A stretch of DNA of 64,000 nucleotides, taken from the NCBI GenBank assembly GCA_003427395.1, contig BFEA01000007.1, positions 2,682,625 to 2,746,624 on the forward strand, given 5' to 3'. Both the position numbers and the translations under genes were made by a program. Origin of the DNA: Chara braunii. Its lineage: Eukaryota > Plantae > Charophyceae. The number at the start of each line of letters is the position of its first letter. Positions within the stretch are counted from its first letter, which is position 1. The notes under the pieces are model-generated. The model made no database searches. It saw nothing but the letters and a program-made list of their open reading frames with translations, and was not told where the DNA came from. This document shows, piece after piece, positions 25,661 to 36,035 of the stretch.

Positions 25661-26479
25661 TGAGCAGACCACATCGTCAAGTCAATAATCCAATCAAGGT
25701 CGGTCCCTACGTCCGAGTAGTATTTTTTCTCAACATGGTTCGAGTCGACCTCGCGTAACCAAATCTAATATGTATATATTTCTTTCAATTGCGTGACTCC
25801 CAACAATGTTTGTTTTGTCGGTGGCATCTGCGCCTGATAGTTATGAGATTTAATTTATCTCTTAACGTAGATATATTCCTCTTTCTATTGGTCACGACTG
25901 ATTAATTTTCAAGTTGCGGATTTATTATCATCCTTCTTTACCTGATTGTGCACAAGGGACTAGAAATACACACGGGGCCTTACTCCTGGTTGCGGCCGAG
26001 TTAGTCGACAAACGTGCATTCTGTACCTAGGAGATCGGCACCCTAGCGGACAGATGATGCTCGGGCTCAGATGGCGTTCTAACTACATGTGCCTGAACTG
26101 CAACGAAACAAGCAAACACCCTACCTGATCTATCTTTGCGATTGCATATAAAAACTTTCGTATGTGGGTCATTAGCTCGGTAGCGACATGCCTCTAGGTG
26201 TGGCGACAACTCCTTAGGGAAGGTAAGTTGTGCCTCGTAGAAACCTATTGTAGGGGATCACAAGAAGTACGGATGACGCACCTGATGCGAGCGACGAGGT
26301 GGTAACGCAACCACGTCCATCCTGATAGTTCGCTGAATTATTGAAGTAGTTGTCCCCAACTAGTCTTTAAGGCTTTTCTTTTAGTCCTGCTGACATGATC
26401 GAGTGGGCTCTCGCCTTTTGCAAAAAAAGCGGAAGCTGATGCACTCGACACCGTCTTGTGTGTGCGAGTAGGTTGTATA

Positions 26480-26628
26480 ACTGCGCATTCATTGAACGTG
26501 GGTTTTCCACTCAATTTTTGCACATAATAAACACGATCGAATGCGGTGTTCAATTTCACGGTTCGTTAATTAAAAAAAAAGAAAAAAAGAAAAAACATCG
26601 CGACCAACAACGTTCAAACGCGCTGCGC

Positions 26629-26682
<54 letters not shown>

Positions 26683-26835
26683 ATAAAAAAATCATAAAAA
26701 ATAAATTAAAAAAAATAGAATACCGTTCAAAATTGAATGCGAATTTGAGTCCGTGTTCAAACGCGAATTTGAACGCAAAAAAACGTTTTGGGCGTTCAAA
26801 CAGTTAAATAGCGCAAGGACGTGACAAAACACTAA
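26480..26835. mobile_element. Probable hAT-type MITE end with GAACGC/TTCAAACGC subterminal motifs and (GA)n
   Basis: Clustered short motifs ending ...GTGACAAAACACTA (TAGTGTTTT on the minus strand, hAT-TIR-like). No partner TIR found. Confidence 0.4.
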
Positions 26836-27584
26836 AATCGTTAGTATCAATAATAAGGTTCGTCGTGAGAATGACGACACGCATATGAATTTAAGGATTA
26901 ATATGCCGACATGCAACGTCATAGTGAAATCAATATAACCCCGACAATATGGTCGGGGCAATTGAGGGGGGTAAGGCTGCATGGGTGCAACCATGATGGA
27001 AAGGACCCCTCGAATTTAAATGACTGACAAGACCGGCCCAAAATAGAGGCCCATGTCAACCTTAAACTAGTGAGCTTGGAGAAGAGGAAAAGTCTAGGCT
27101 AAGTACTCGAACTTAGCACATACCTACCGCTAGACTATTGCATGTACAAAGCTAGCTCCCATAACATCGAACTTGGGAGCTAGCCCAATAAGTCAAAGTT
27201 TTTATTGGTACATTGTAGGCTTAGGGGATAAATCTTGATCACCATTAAGGTAACTTCTTTTTTATAAGGAGCTATGACTTCACTAAAGCTTGAAAGTGGT
27301 TGAGCGGAAGCCTGCACCCTCTGGCATTAACTTAGAAACTGCAGTTTTTGCCCCACCTCAGCCTCCCCCCCCGGGGCTACACCCACCCCTCCTGAGCCTG
27401 AGGTGGTCGGAACGTTCCGCTATTGACCCTTTAGCTCAATGGCAAACAATAGCACTTCGTGTCCAGCATGGCTTGCTGTGTGTTTGAGAGGCGTTTCCAA
27501 CATTGATTTTGTTGGTCTTATCGCTTTGGTGAACCACAAGAGCCCTGATCTATTTCGACGCGATGAAGTTAGGGCATTGAACTA

Positions 27585-27680
27585 TTTCTTCAAAGGATGG
27601 CTGCTTCCAAGTCCACCTCCTGGTTGTAATTGCTCGATCAATTTCTTTCCCAGTAAGTGATTGCTTTAGGACCTTGGTAT
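27585..27680 (-). pseudogene. rrn26: NUMT: mitochondrial LSU rRNA fragment (GTPase-associated centre)
   Basis: The minus strand reads AAGCAATCACTTA...ACAACCAGGAGGTGGACTTGGAAGCAGCCATCCTTTGAAGAAA, typical of plant mitochondrial 26S rRNA. Confidence 0.8.
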
Positions 27681-27857
27681 ACGAAGTAGTTTCCCCAACC
27701 TAAAATCAACAGAACCAAAACACTGATGAGTAGGTGCACAGCGGAACCTTTATGAGATTGTATTACAAAATGAGTTTGCGAAAGAAGTGTTCCATGTGAT
27801 TCATTGGATGAAGCAACTCTGCTGACAAACCTGTGGGACTCAAACGCAAAGCGTCTG

Positions 27858-28010
27858 CTCAGAATTTTGTTTTGATGCTGCAATAACCAAGCAACATAAC
27901 TTTGAAGTCCGATGGCTAAATAAATGGCAATCAAATCATAAGATAAGATCATGAAAAACATATTACAAGTAGAGAGTAGAATTAACACTATAGATTCAAA
28001 AACATTGGTA
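27858..28010 (-). pseudogene. nad2: NUMT: nad2 fragment
   Basis: FESIVLILLSTCNMFFMILSYDLIAIYLAIGLQS...VIAASKQNSE matches the conserved Nad2 segment. Confidence 0.9.
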
Positions 28011-28852
28011 TCGATCTATAAATAGTAAGTCATTGTAGAGTGATCAATATGATATATATGGGACGACATGATATGTGGGACGAAATGCATTTGATACATA
28101 TATTAAGACCATATAATCGCTACAAATGATAAAGGTATGTATTCCATTAAGAGGTGTTGTTGGAATAAGTCTTGTCTTTGTTTCCCTATTTGCTTCACCT
28201 TTGATTAACACTTCATATGTACAAAGTTCAACTTTTAGAACCATTCAACAAAAAAAAAAAAAGTGGCAGATTGTTTACTTCCTGGATTGACGTCGTGTGA
28301 ATCATCAATCAAATTTGTCTTCTCCATAAGACCCTTTGTGATGTCTGGCATCAATCACTACTATGACCCCTCTGTCGTCCCCAGTGTTTGCACTTTCGAG
28401 CGATCCCGAATTCCAATCAATTGCGAACTTGGGATCCTTAAGTGTCCCCCCCCATATCTTGGATCTATTGCCTGTAGATAGTCTGTGCGCTTACTTCTAT
28501 GTGAACGCTCTATGTTGAAGTTCGTTATGAAAATTGAATTTGTTGAGGTTCATATAACAAAACAATCGTCAATGTTTGATAATTAACTTATAAATGAGAT
28601 GGTTTGTTTTTTAAAATTTGGTTATATCCTGGTTAGCACGCCGTACACGTGCGTAGTGCGTACGCGTACGTATTCCACCGTACACGTACGAACCTAAAAT
28701 CGCACATACAGGTGGCAAAAACAACATTTATCGGGGAGTCATACCCGACGTCCTAACCAATCTCGATTTAAAAATAAAAAACCTTAAAGAAAACTTAAAA
28801 ATAATGATAATAATAATAAATTATTTTAAAATAATTTTTAAATTATTATGAT

Positions 28853-29514
28853 CAGGGTAACCGGCATTCAGGACGGGCCGAACGCCCGAACCCGAACGCG
28901 CGAACCCGAACGCCCGAATGTATGGGACCCCTTGGGGATGCGTTCGGCCGTTCGGGCCGAATGCAGACCCAAAAAAAAAAAAAAAAAAAANNNNNNNNNN
29001 NNNNNNNNNNNNNNNNNNNNNNNNNNNNNNNNNNNNCTCTTATACACATCTAGATGTGTATAAGAGACAGAAAAAAATCTGAAAAAAAAGATATGTTATG
29101 GAGAAATATAAATTAAACAAGATTTGCTTGAGCATTAAATCCGAATTCCTTACCAAATTTGAAAAAAAAAAAAAATACGGAAAACAAATACTAATAATAA
29201 AAATAAATAAAAATAAAAAGAGAATTAACAAATAACAAAAAGTAAAAAGTGAAAAAATACGTGGGCGAGCACGTTTTGACACCGCTATCTGTAGCGATTT
29301 TTAATTCTTATTTGGCTTAGCCAAATGACTTGAAAATTGACAGGCATGTACCTCACGTCATAGAGAACTCACAAATTGTTTTTCAGAAAACAATAATTAG
29401 TTATAGGCCCTGAAATATTTTTTGGCGGGGGCCGAACGCCGTCGGGTTCGGACCCCGTACAAGACCTCGAACGCCCATACGTTGGACCTCCGTACGTACA
29501 GGCTAGTGACCCTG
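28853..29514. mobile_element. hAT-family MITE
   Basis: Perfect 8-bp TSD ATTATGAT (28845-28852 and 29515-29522), TIRs CAGGGTAACCGG / CAGGGTCACTAG, and CCGAAC subterminal repeats. Contains a gap and an adapter. Confidence 0.88.
29037..29070. other. Nextera mate-pair junction adapter (artefact, partial)
   Basis: CTCTTATACACATCTAGATGTGTATAAGAGACAG at a gap edge. Confidence 0.97.
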
Positions 29515-29984
29515 ATTATGATAATATTACCTTTTTTTAAGTTTTTAATTTCTTACTCGAGTTTGATTGGGAATTTGGGGATGACTCCTTAGCAAAAGTT
29601 GTTTGTATCATGTTTCTGCATAACATATATTTGTTACAGAAGTTTTGTTTTTTTTCTTCTGTTTTTTATTTTTTATTTTTTTTATTATGATTTTTTTAAA
29701 TTTATTTGTTTTCTGTTTTGATTTTTCACTCGAGTTTCATACAAAGTTTGGCAATGAGTCTCAGGCAAAAGTTGTTTGAAATATCATTTTTCATAACATA
29801 CTTTTTTTTCAGATTTTTTCGATGATTGTTTTTTTTTTTTACGCATTTCAACGTACGGGAGTACGTGTATGTGCGTACGTGTCGGGTACAGGCATAAGTG
29901 TATGCGTGTACGCGCAACCCGCATACACGTACGCGGTGCAATCAAGGTCATATCTTATATTTTGTTCAATGGTTGACTTGCAAT

Positions 29985-30340
29985 TTTGTTGATTAGACTT
30001 CGTATTCTATCGGCTAATGCTCTAGGTCTGATGACTCCAATCAGGAAGTCGTCCACATAGCGAACATAGTGAATCCTTCTAAAATGACTCTGGCGAGCCG
30101 ACGAATGCGAGCGCACCTTAAGGCTGCTCTCCGATCACCGTCGGATCTTCGCAGTGAGCCTTTTTATCCGCAACCTGCGGCGGTTGCCCTCTCTGTCGAC
30201 GACCCTCTATCAACAATGCTCTTCAGTCGCATGACAAATTTCTCAAGCTCATTAAGTAGCACATTGGATAGAAGAGGGTTGAAGGGCCGACCAATGTGGT
30301 CGTTTTTCGATAAAGCGACCGTCCGTATAAGAGGCTAAGC
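29985..30340 (-). pseudogene. Group II intron reverse transcriptase/maturase fragment, probably mitochondrial (NUMT)
   Basis: PLLSNVLLNELEKFV (RT domain 4) and FRRIHYVRYVDDFLIGVIRPRALADRIR (YADD domain 5), frameshifted. Confidence 0.85.
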
Positions 30341-30952
30341 CTATCTGGATTGTGGGTGTATAGCTTAGTTGGTAAAACATTGTTTTTTTTACCTAATGGT
30401 CGCAGATTAAAATCTTGTTATTATACCCATAAAGCCATGAAGTGGGGTAGACATGCNNNNNNNNNNNNNNNNNNNNNNNNNNNNNNNNNNNNNNNNNNNN
30501 NNNNNNNNNNNNNNNNNNNNNNNNNNNNNNNNNNNNNNNNNNNNNNNNNNNNNNNNNNNNNNNNNNNNNNNNNNNNNNNNNNNNNNNNNNNNNNNNNNNN
30601 NNNNNNNNNNNNNNNNNNNNNNNNNNNNNNNNNNNNNNNNNNNNNNNNNNNNNNNNNNNNNNNNNNNNNNNNNNNNNNNNNNNNNNNNNNNNNNNNNNNN
30701 NNNNNNNNNNNNNNNNNNNNNNNNNNNNNNNNNNNNNNNNNNNNNNNNNNNNNNNNNNNNNNNNNNNNNNNNNNNNNNNNNNNNNNNNNNNNNNNNNNNN
30801 NNNNNNNNNNNNNNNNNNNNNNNNNNNNNNNNNNNNNNNNNNNNNNNNNNNNNNNNNNNNNNNNNNNNNNNNNNNNNNNNNNNNNNNNNNNNNNNNNNNN
30901 NNNNNNNNNNNNNNNNNTTTCCTATCTTCCCCCAAATATAATCCTGTCATCC

Positions 30953-30990
30953 CTGTCTCTTATACACATCTAGATGTGTATAAGAGACAG
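30953..30990. other. Nextera mate-pair junction adapter (artefact)
   Basis: Full 38-bp CTGTCTCTTATACACATCT-AGATGTGTATAAGAGACAG. The preceding 35 bp equal 60491-60525. Confidence 0.98.
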
Positions 30991-31460
30991 GTGGGTGGGG
31001 TTGGCGAGGTTGGGGCGGGGGCGGGGGCGGGGGTGAATGCCAGGGTGCAGGGATCACTTGTCCCCTTTGCGGGGGTTCAAGGGTAAAACCCCCACCCCGG
31101 TTCGGGCCCCGGGGATCCCCGGATCACAATAGTCATCATAATAAATTTTGACGTAATGTGATGTCTGCTCAATGCCTAGGATACCCAGGTGAGGGGGTAT
31201 GATTAAATGTGTAGACAGGAAGGAACTCGATAGATATGACTCTCTTGAGGTAGTCAAATATCTAATCATTTAATTTATGACAAGTATGAATAGGTTAACA
31301 AGTTTCTATCATTTTTATCAATCATTCGACCATCCTTTAAATGTTGATATTTGTTTTTATCTAGGTAGCACGAGTTATATGGCCGGATAATCTGGTCGGA
31401 TTATGTTGCCGGATTATAAGGGGGTAGGATTATCCAAAAATATGAATGATTAAAAACATG

Positions 31461-31560
31461 CTAGGTTACGAATGGTCCCGAGACCAGACGTCTCCTTGGG
31501 ACGTCTCCTCCGGACATCCGTGGTCCGGGTCGTCCGGGTTTCCGGACGACAGTTTTGGCG
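31461..31560 (-). mobile_element. Probable terminus of the hAT element with CCGGA/GACGTC subterminal repeats
   Basis: CTAGGTTACGAATGG followed by clustered short motifs, downstream of the transposase. Confidence 0.4.
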
Positions 31561-32314
31561 CAAGAAAAAACTCAAAAAAAAAAAAAAGGGTTGTCTTGCG
31601 CTGGTTTAGGGCCCCGACCACACCAAATTCCATGTGAAACATAACATTTTTGTGAAATATCTGGTGGGGGGGGGGGTAGGGGGTGACAAAGGACTTGCCT
31701 GCTATGTTTGCTACTGCCATCTGCATCTGTAGCACTTGCACCATGTGTAGCAGTTCCTTAAGGTGCAGCAGATTCTGCATGCGAGGGTTTGTTGGTTTAG
31801 GTAGGTGAAGGTGTGAAACATATCATACCTGCTACCTGCAACTCCACCACCTGTTGCATGTCATGTCTGCACAAACATACAACAAGTGACATATATGCAG
31901 ACGTACCTTTTGCCTGCAATAAGTACCACCTGCTTCAGGTTATCTCAGACAGACACAAAAAGAGAGTCAGCCACACACACACACGCACACACACCGCCGC
32001 TCAGCGAGTCACACGCAAACACACATGCACACACACACACACACACACANNNNNNNNNNNNNNNNNNNNNNNNNNNNNNNNNNNNNNNNNNNNNNNNNNN
32101 NNNNNNNNNNNNNNNNNNNNNNNNNNNNNNNNNNNNNNNNNNNNNNNNNNNNNNNNNNNNNNNNNNNNNNNNNNNNNNNNNNNNNNNNNNNNNNNNNNNN
32201 NNNNNNNNNNNNNNNNNNNNNNNNNNNNNNNNNNNNNNNNNNNNNNNNNNNNNNNNNNNNNNNNNNNNNNNNNNNNNNNNNNNNNNNNNNNNNNNNNNNN
32301 NNNNNNNNNNNNNN

Positions 32315-32414
<100 letters not shown>

Positions 32415-32649
32415 ATAAGCACACTCGCACTCGCACACACGTGCACATGCACGCACAATGTCCACCACTCATAGACAGCATGACTGATTGACTTCATGAC
32501 TGACTGCGCACTCGACAAGTATACACTAGGCGAATGGACATCAATGACATTGAAAGCATACAAATGAAAGGATAAATGCTCAAGGTGTGGCAATGCAAAA
32601 TGAAAGGATGTACGTGGTCGCCAAGACAGTGACTATATCAGACGTCGAA

Positions 32650-34956
32650 ACATCTCTCTACTCCTCCTTCTCTTCACTACAATCCTCAAAATCATCACCT
32701 CTCCTCATGTCACTATCCCTCTCCCCTGCGTAATCACTACCGGAAACATGGTCATCCCTCTCTGGACCATCATTAATGGCATGACTCTCTCTCCAGTGCC
32801 CACCTAAACCCAACGATTGTGCCCTCGTGCATACACCCATTGCGGGTGAGCCCCCTGTTGTGGTCCTATCCACTGCACCTCCCTCACTGGTGTCCTCTAC
32901 ACCCAACTGGCTCATCGCCCAAGAGTGTCATCCTGATAACGGTGGGCGACCTCTCCCTCGGCTTGTGCCTGGTGGGCGTGCTCGTCTTCTCTTGGTGCCA
33001 CGACGTACTCGACCTTCACGTGCATGCTCGCATCCATCATCCTCATCCCTCCTCCTCTTCCTACCTGCACGACTCATCATGACGTTATCAACAACTTGAA
33101 TAGCAGTAGAGAGTCGTGCTGGGAGTGGCGGCATGCCCAGTGGACTCCGCGGAGGCTGAATACCCTTGTCTGTCCTAGAGGTGGAAGCGCCAGACACATG
33201 AAGAGGAAGGCGTGCTCGAGCGGACGTAAGTGGAGGCGAGGTGCTACCACTAGACGATGACAAAGGGATAGTATGTGCTAAACTCGGTGCGCGACCGTAT
33301 GTAGCAGGGTGTCCGCCACCTACGCCGGGTGTCGTAGACCTCCCCAAATGAATCTCTGCCCTTGTCGATGTCGATGGTGGCAATGACGTCCGCAATGGTA
33401 GTGGTGGGATCCCGTAGAAAGTGCGCCGCGTGATAACATCATGTGAAGACGGAAATGTGTCCTGTGGAGGCGGAATGCCCGTATCACGGATACATGCCCT
33501 GTCGCCTCTGTCTCTACCAATCCCGTCCAAGCCAAGTCGATCTCCAACACCATGGTCCGTGTCCAACCTCTGCTCAGTACGTCCACATGTCACAACATCA
33601 CGGATGATGCTCTCGCCAGAGTGGCGATCACTCGGCACCACACAAGCACTCTCCTCCATCCCTCGATCCCCTCGCTGATCTAAGGTCACATCAACCGTAA
33701 CCTCTACCACGTCCCTCATCCTCTGATCCACCCGCTGCTCCACCCTCTCATCAACCCTCTTCCGCACCCTCTGCTCTGCCCTCTGCTTAACCATCGGCTC
33801 CACCCTGCACTCCAACATGCCATCCACCCTACTGTGCACTGTCTGCTCCGATATCTATTCCACCTGCTGTTCTACTCTCGGTCGATGCTGCTGCTCCAGG
33901 GACTCGTGCTGTACACTCGATGATCCTGTGGGGTCCACCCTCTCCTGCACGAGCTGCTCACATGATTGCACCACTGTACGTGGAGCTATGCTGCCATATG
34001 GACGGAGTGTGCCGTGCAGCCCAACCGACTAAGAGACAGTCTGAGAGGAGTGCCCTGCCTCCACAACCTGGTGCGCCACCTGCTGACCATCCGCGGGACA
34101 ATATCCCGGCTCGTCGCTGTGGAAAGTCCACAGGGCCTCCCACAGACCTTGCATGGCCTCAGTTTCCCACCCTCCGACAACGCGAGCAAAGTGCTTAAGC
34201 GCCGACTGCACAACAGGCCTGCTGGGGTCCTCAAGCAATGAAATATCGCGCCGCCGCGGATCCAGTAGGTAAGCAGCTGCATGAGCAGGCTGCCGCATCG
34301 TCGGCGGGATTCGTCTCGCACCTATCCCTCACAATGTCCATCATCGTGTCCCTGTCAACGTCCAACAGGTCGAGTGAACGAAGTCTCTGTCGGAGGATGG
34401 CCTCCAAATCCCACAGCCCAGTGGGTGATGAACAGTCCCTATCAAGATCCCTGAGAAACTTGTAAACGGGACCCATGATGTCCATCACCCTCTTCACGTC
34501 CCTCCAAAACCCGTCATCCCTGCAGAGCCTGCGGACATAAGGCATCCGCTCCCGAGCATCCCCAACCCATTGCACCCTAGCCCACCTCTCCGACGACACT
34601 AATGTGTCCAAGCCCTCCCTCTGGTCGTACAGCCTCTCCAGCATCATGTATGCTGTACCGAAACGCATCTCCGCTGGTCGCCTGATCACCAACGCCTTCT
34701 TCATGTCCTTGTGAAGTGCAAGCGTTTTTTGTTTGTTGCACATGAACTTCACAATCTTGTGTGTGTCTCTCATCGTTTGTCGCACAAAAGGTTGTGCGGC
34801 ATTGTCCCTCAGCAACAAACTTAGGCAGTGTGTTGTACATGGGATCCAGGGAATGCGACACACAACAGGATTTGGGTGTGTCTGCAACATGTTCGCCGCG
34901 ATCTTCATGAGCTCGGCGTTATCTGTACATATTGCATTGACATTCTGAATGCCAAG
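32650..34956 (-). pseudogene. hAT transposase, 3' half (DUF659 C-terminal part and RNase H-like core) with a low-complexity tail
   Basis: NVNAICTDNA, WIPCTTHCLSLLLRD, PAEMRFGT and PAHAAAYLLDP motifs. Confidence 0.9.
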
Positions 34957-35135
34957 TAGCCGCATTAGCATTGACAAATCTAATTTTAACTATTACAATG
35001 TTTATTACTATGTTTTCATTGGCAGGAATACCTCCATTAGCAGGATTTTCCAGCAAATTTTATCTTTTTTTTACCGCTCTAGGTTGCGGAGCTTATTTAT
35101 TAGCCTTAATAAGAGTAGTAACCGACGTTATTCGT
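34957..35135 (+). pseudogene. nad2: NUMT: nad2 fragment (C-terminal region)
   Basis: TMFSLAGIPPLAGFSSKFYLFFTALGCGAYLLALI matches plant mitochondrial Nad2. Confidence 0.93.
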
Positions 35136-35512
35136 GCCGGCACACAGATAAAAAAATTGAAGGCGTTCTCGAATTTTTTTGGTAGAGGCAACTTCGTTGC
35201 ACTTAGGATAGCCTGTATTAAGGGTCTTTGTTTTACATGATCAGTATGATTCTCCTGTTAACAAAGAAAATCATATGTAAAACACAGGCCGCGTTGTCAG
35301 GTCAAGTCTATCAGTTTCAAAATATGCAAAATATCTTTTATAAACAACAAGATAAAGTAAGAATAAANAATATTATTGCAAAAAAAGAATTCTTAGTAAA
35401 TAATGGAGGAATATCTCATAACTTTCATTCCAAAAAATCTTTATTTTCTCAAAAAAAGTTTGATGAATAATTTCACTAGGCATAGTAACCCCCCCTCCCC
35501 CCCCCTAAGAAA

Positions 35513-35640
35513 GGGAGTGCAATAGAAAACATGAAACCCGATGCAAGCAATCAGTTGAAGGCTGAAAGATGCATTATCAATCAATGGATGATGGATCTGC
35601 AAAGGTTAACGGCGTAACTTTTGCGTAATGGGTCGGCAAC
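35513..35640 (+). pseudogene. rrn26: NUMT: mitochondrial LSU rRNA fragment (5' region)
   Basis: GGGAGTGCAATAGA...CCGATGC...CAATCAGT.GAAGG...AACGGCGTA.CTTTTGC.TAATGGGTC resembles plant mitochondrial 26S rRNA. Confidence 0.7.
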
Positions 35641-35813
35641 TCTGTAAACGTCAGCGGCCTCGCACTGTATTCTTGGGCAATCTGATTTTATTTATCAAGA
35701 TGGCGACGCAAAAACCTCAACAGCGCTTTTGGAACATGTTATGTTTTCTCTTCCCTTGCGGGATTGTGATGAGTCTCATGCCCTACACACGAAATACGGC
35801 CACGTGCGTCTTT

Positions 35814-35983
35814 TCTGCTAAAGGTTGTAATAACCCAAACAATCCTACCACATTCGAAACTTTTCTACGCTGCATACAAGCCATTACTTTACGTTAAGCT
35901 AATACTAAAAAAACAACTCGTAGTAAAAGTGGTATTATTATTCCAAGTATTTTGGCTAAAATGCCAATTATATTCAATTTCAT
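35814..35983 (-). pseudogene. nad1: NUMT: nad1 5' fragment
   Basis: [55 protein letters not shown] matches the Nad1 N-terminus, with a premature stop. Confidence 0.93.
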
Positions 35984-36035
35984 TTTCTTTGTTGGTTTTT
36001 TAGATATTGTCAACGCATGAAATGAAACAAGCCGC

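Larger units (their letters stand above)
28627..29950. mobile_element. Foldback-like MITE with long imperfect inverted arms
   Basis: CCTGGTTAGCACGCCGTAC resembles the reverse complement of the right end (CCTTGATTGCACCGCGTAC). 28720-28795 is inverted relative to 29530-29605. Ends are CGTAC-rich. Confidence 0.65.

Noticed and set aside
27151-27184. 11-bp perfect hairpin GCTAGCTCCCA...TGGGAGCTAGC
   Set aside because: Isolated, with no supporting context for a function.
30953-30990. Tn5/IS50 mosaic ends suggesting a bacterial transposon
   Set aside because: Exact Nextera junction adapter at gap edges, so a library artefact.
34957-35983. Functional nuclear-transferred nad genes or mitochondrial contig contamination
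   Set aside because: Fragments are short, scrambled, mutated (stop in nad1) and joined to nuclear TE sequence inside a contig.
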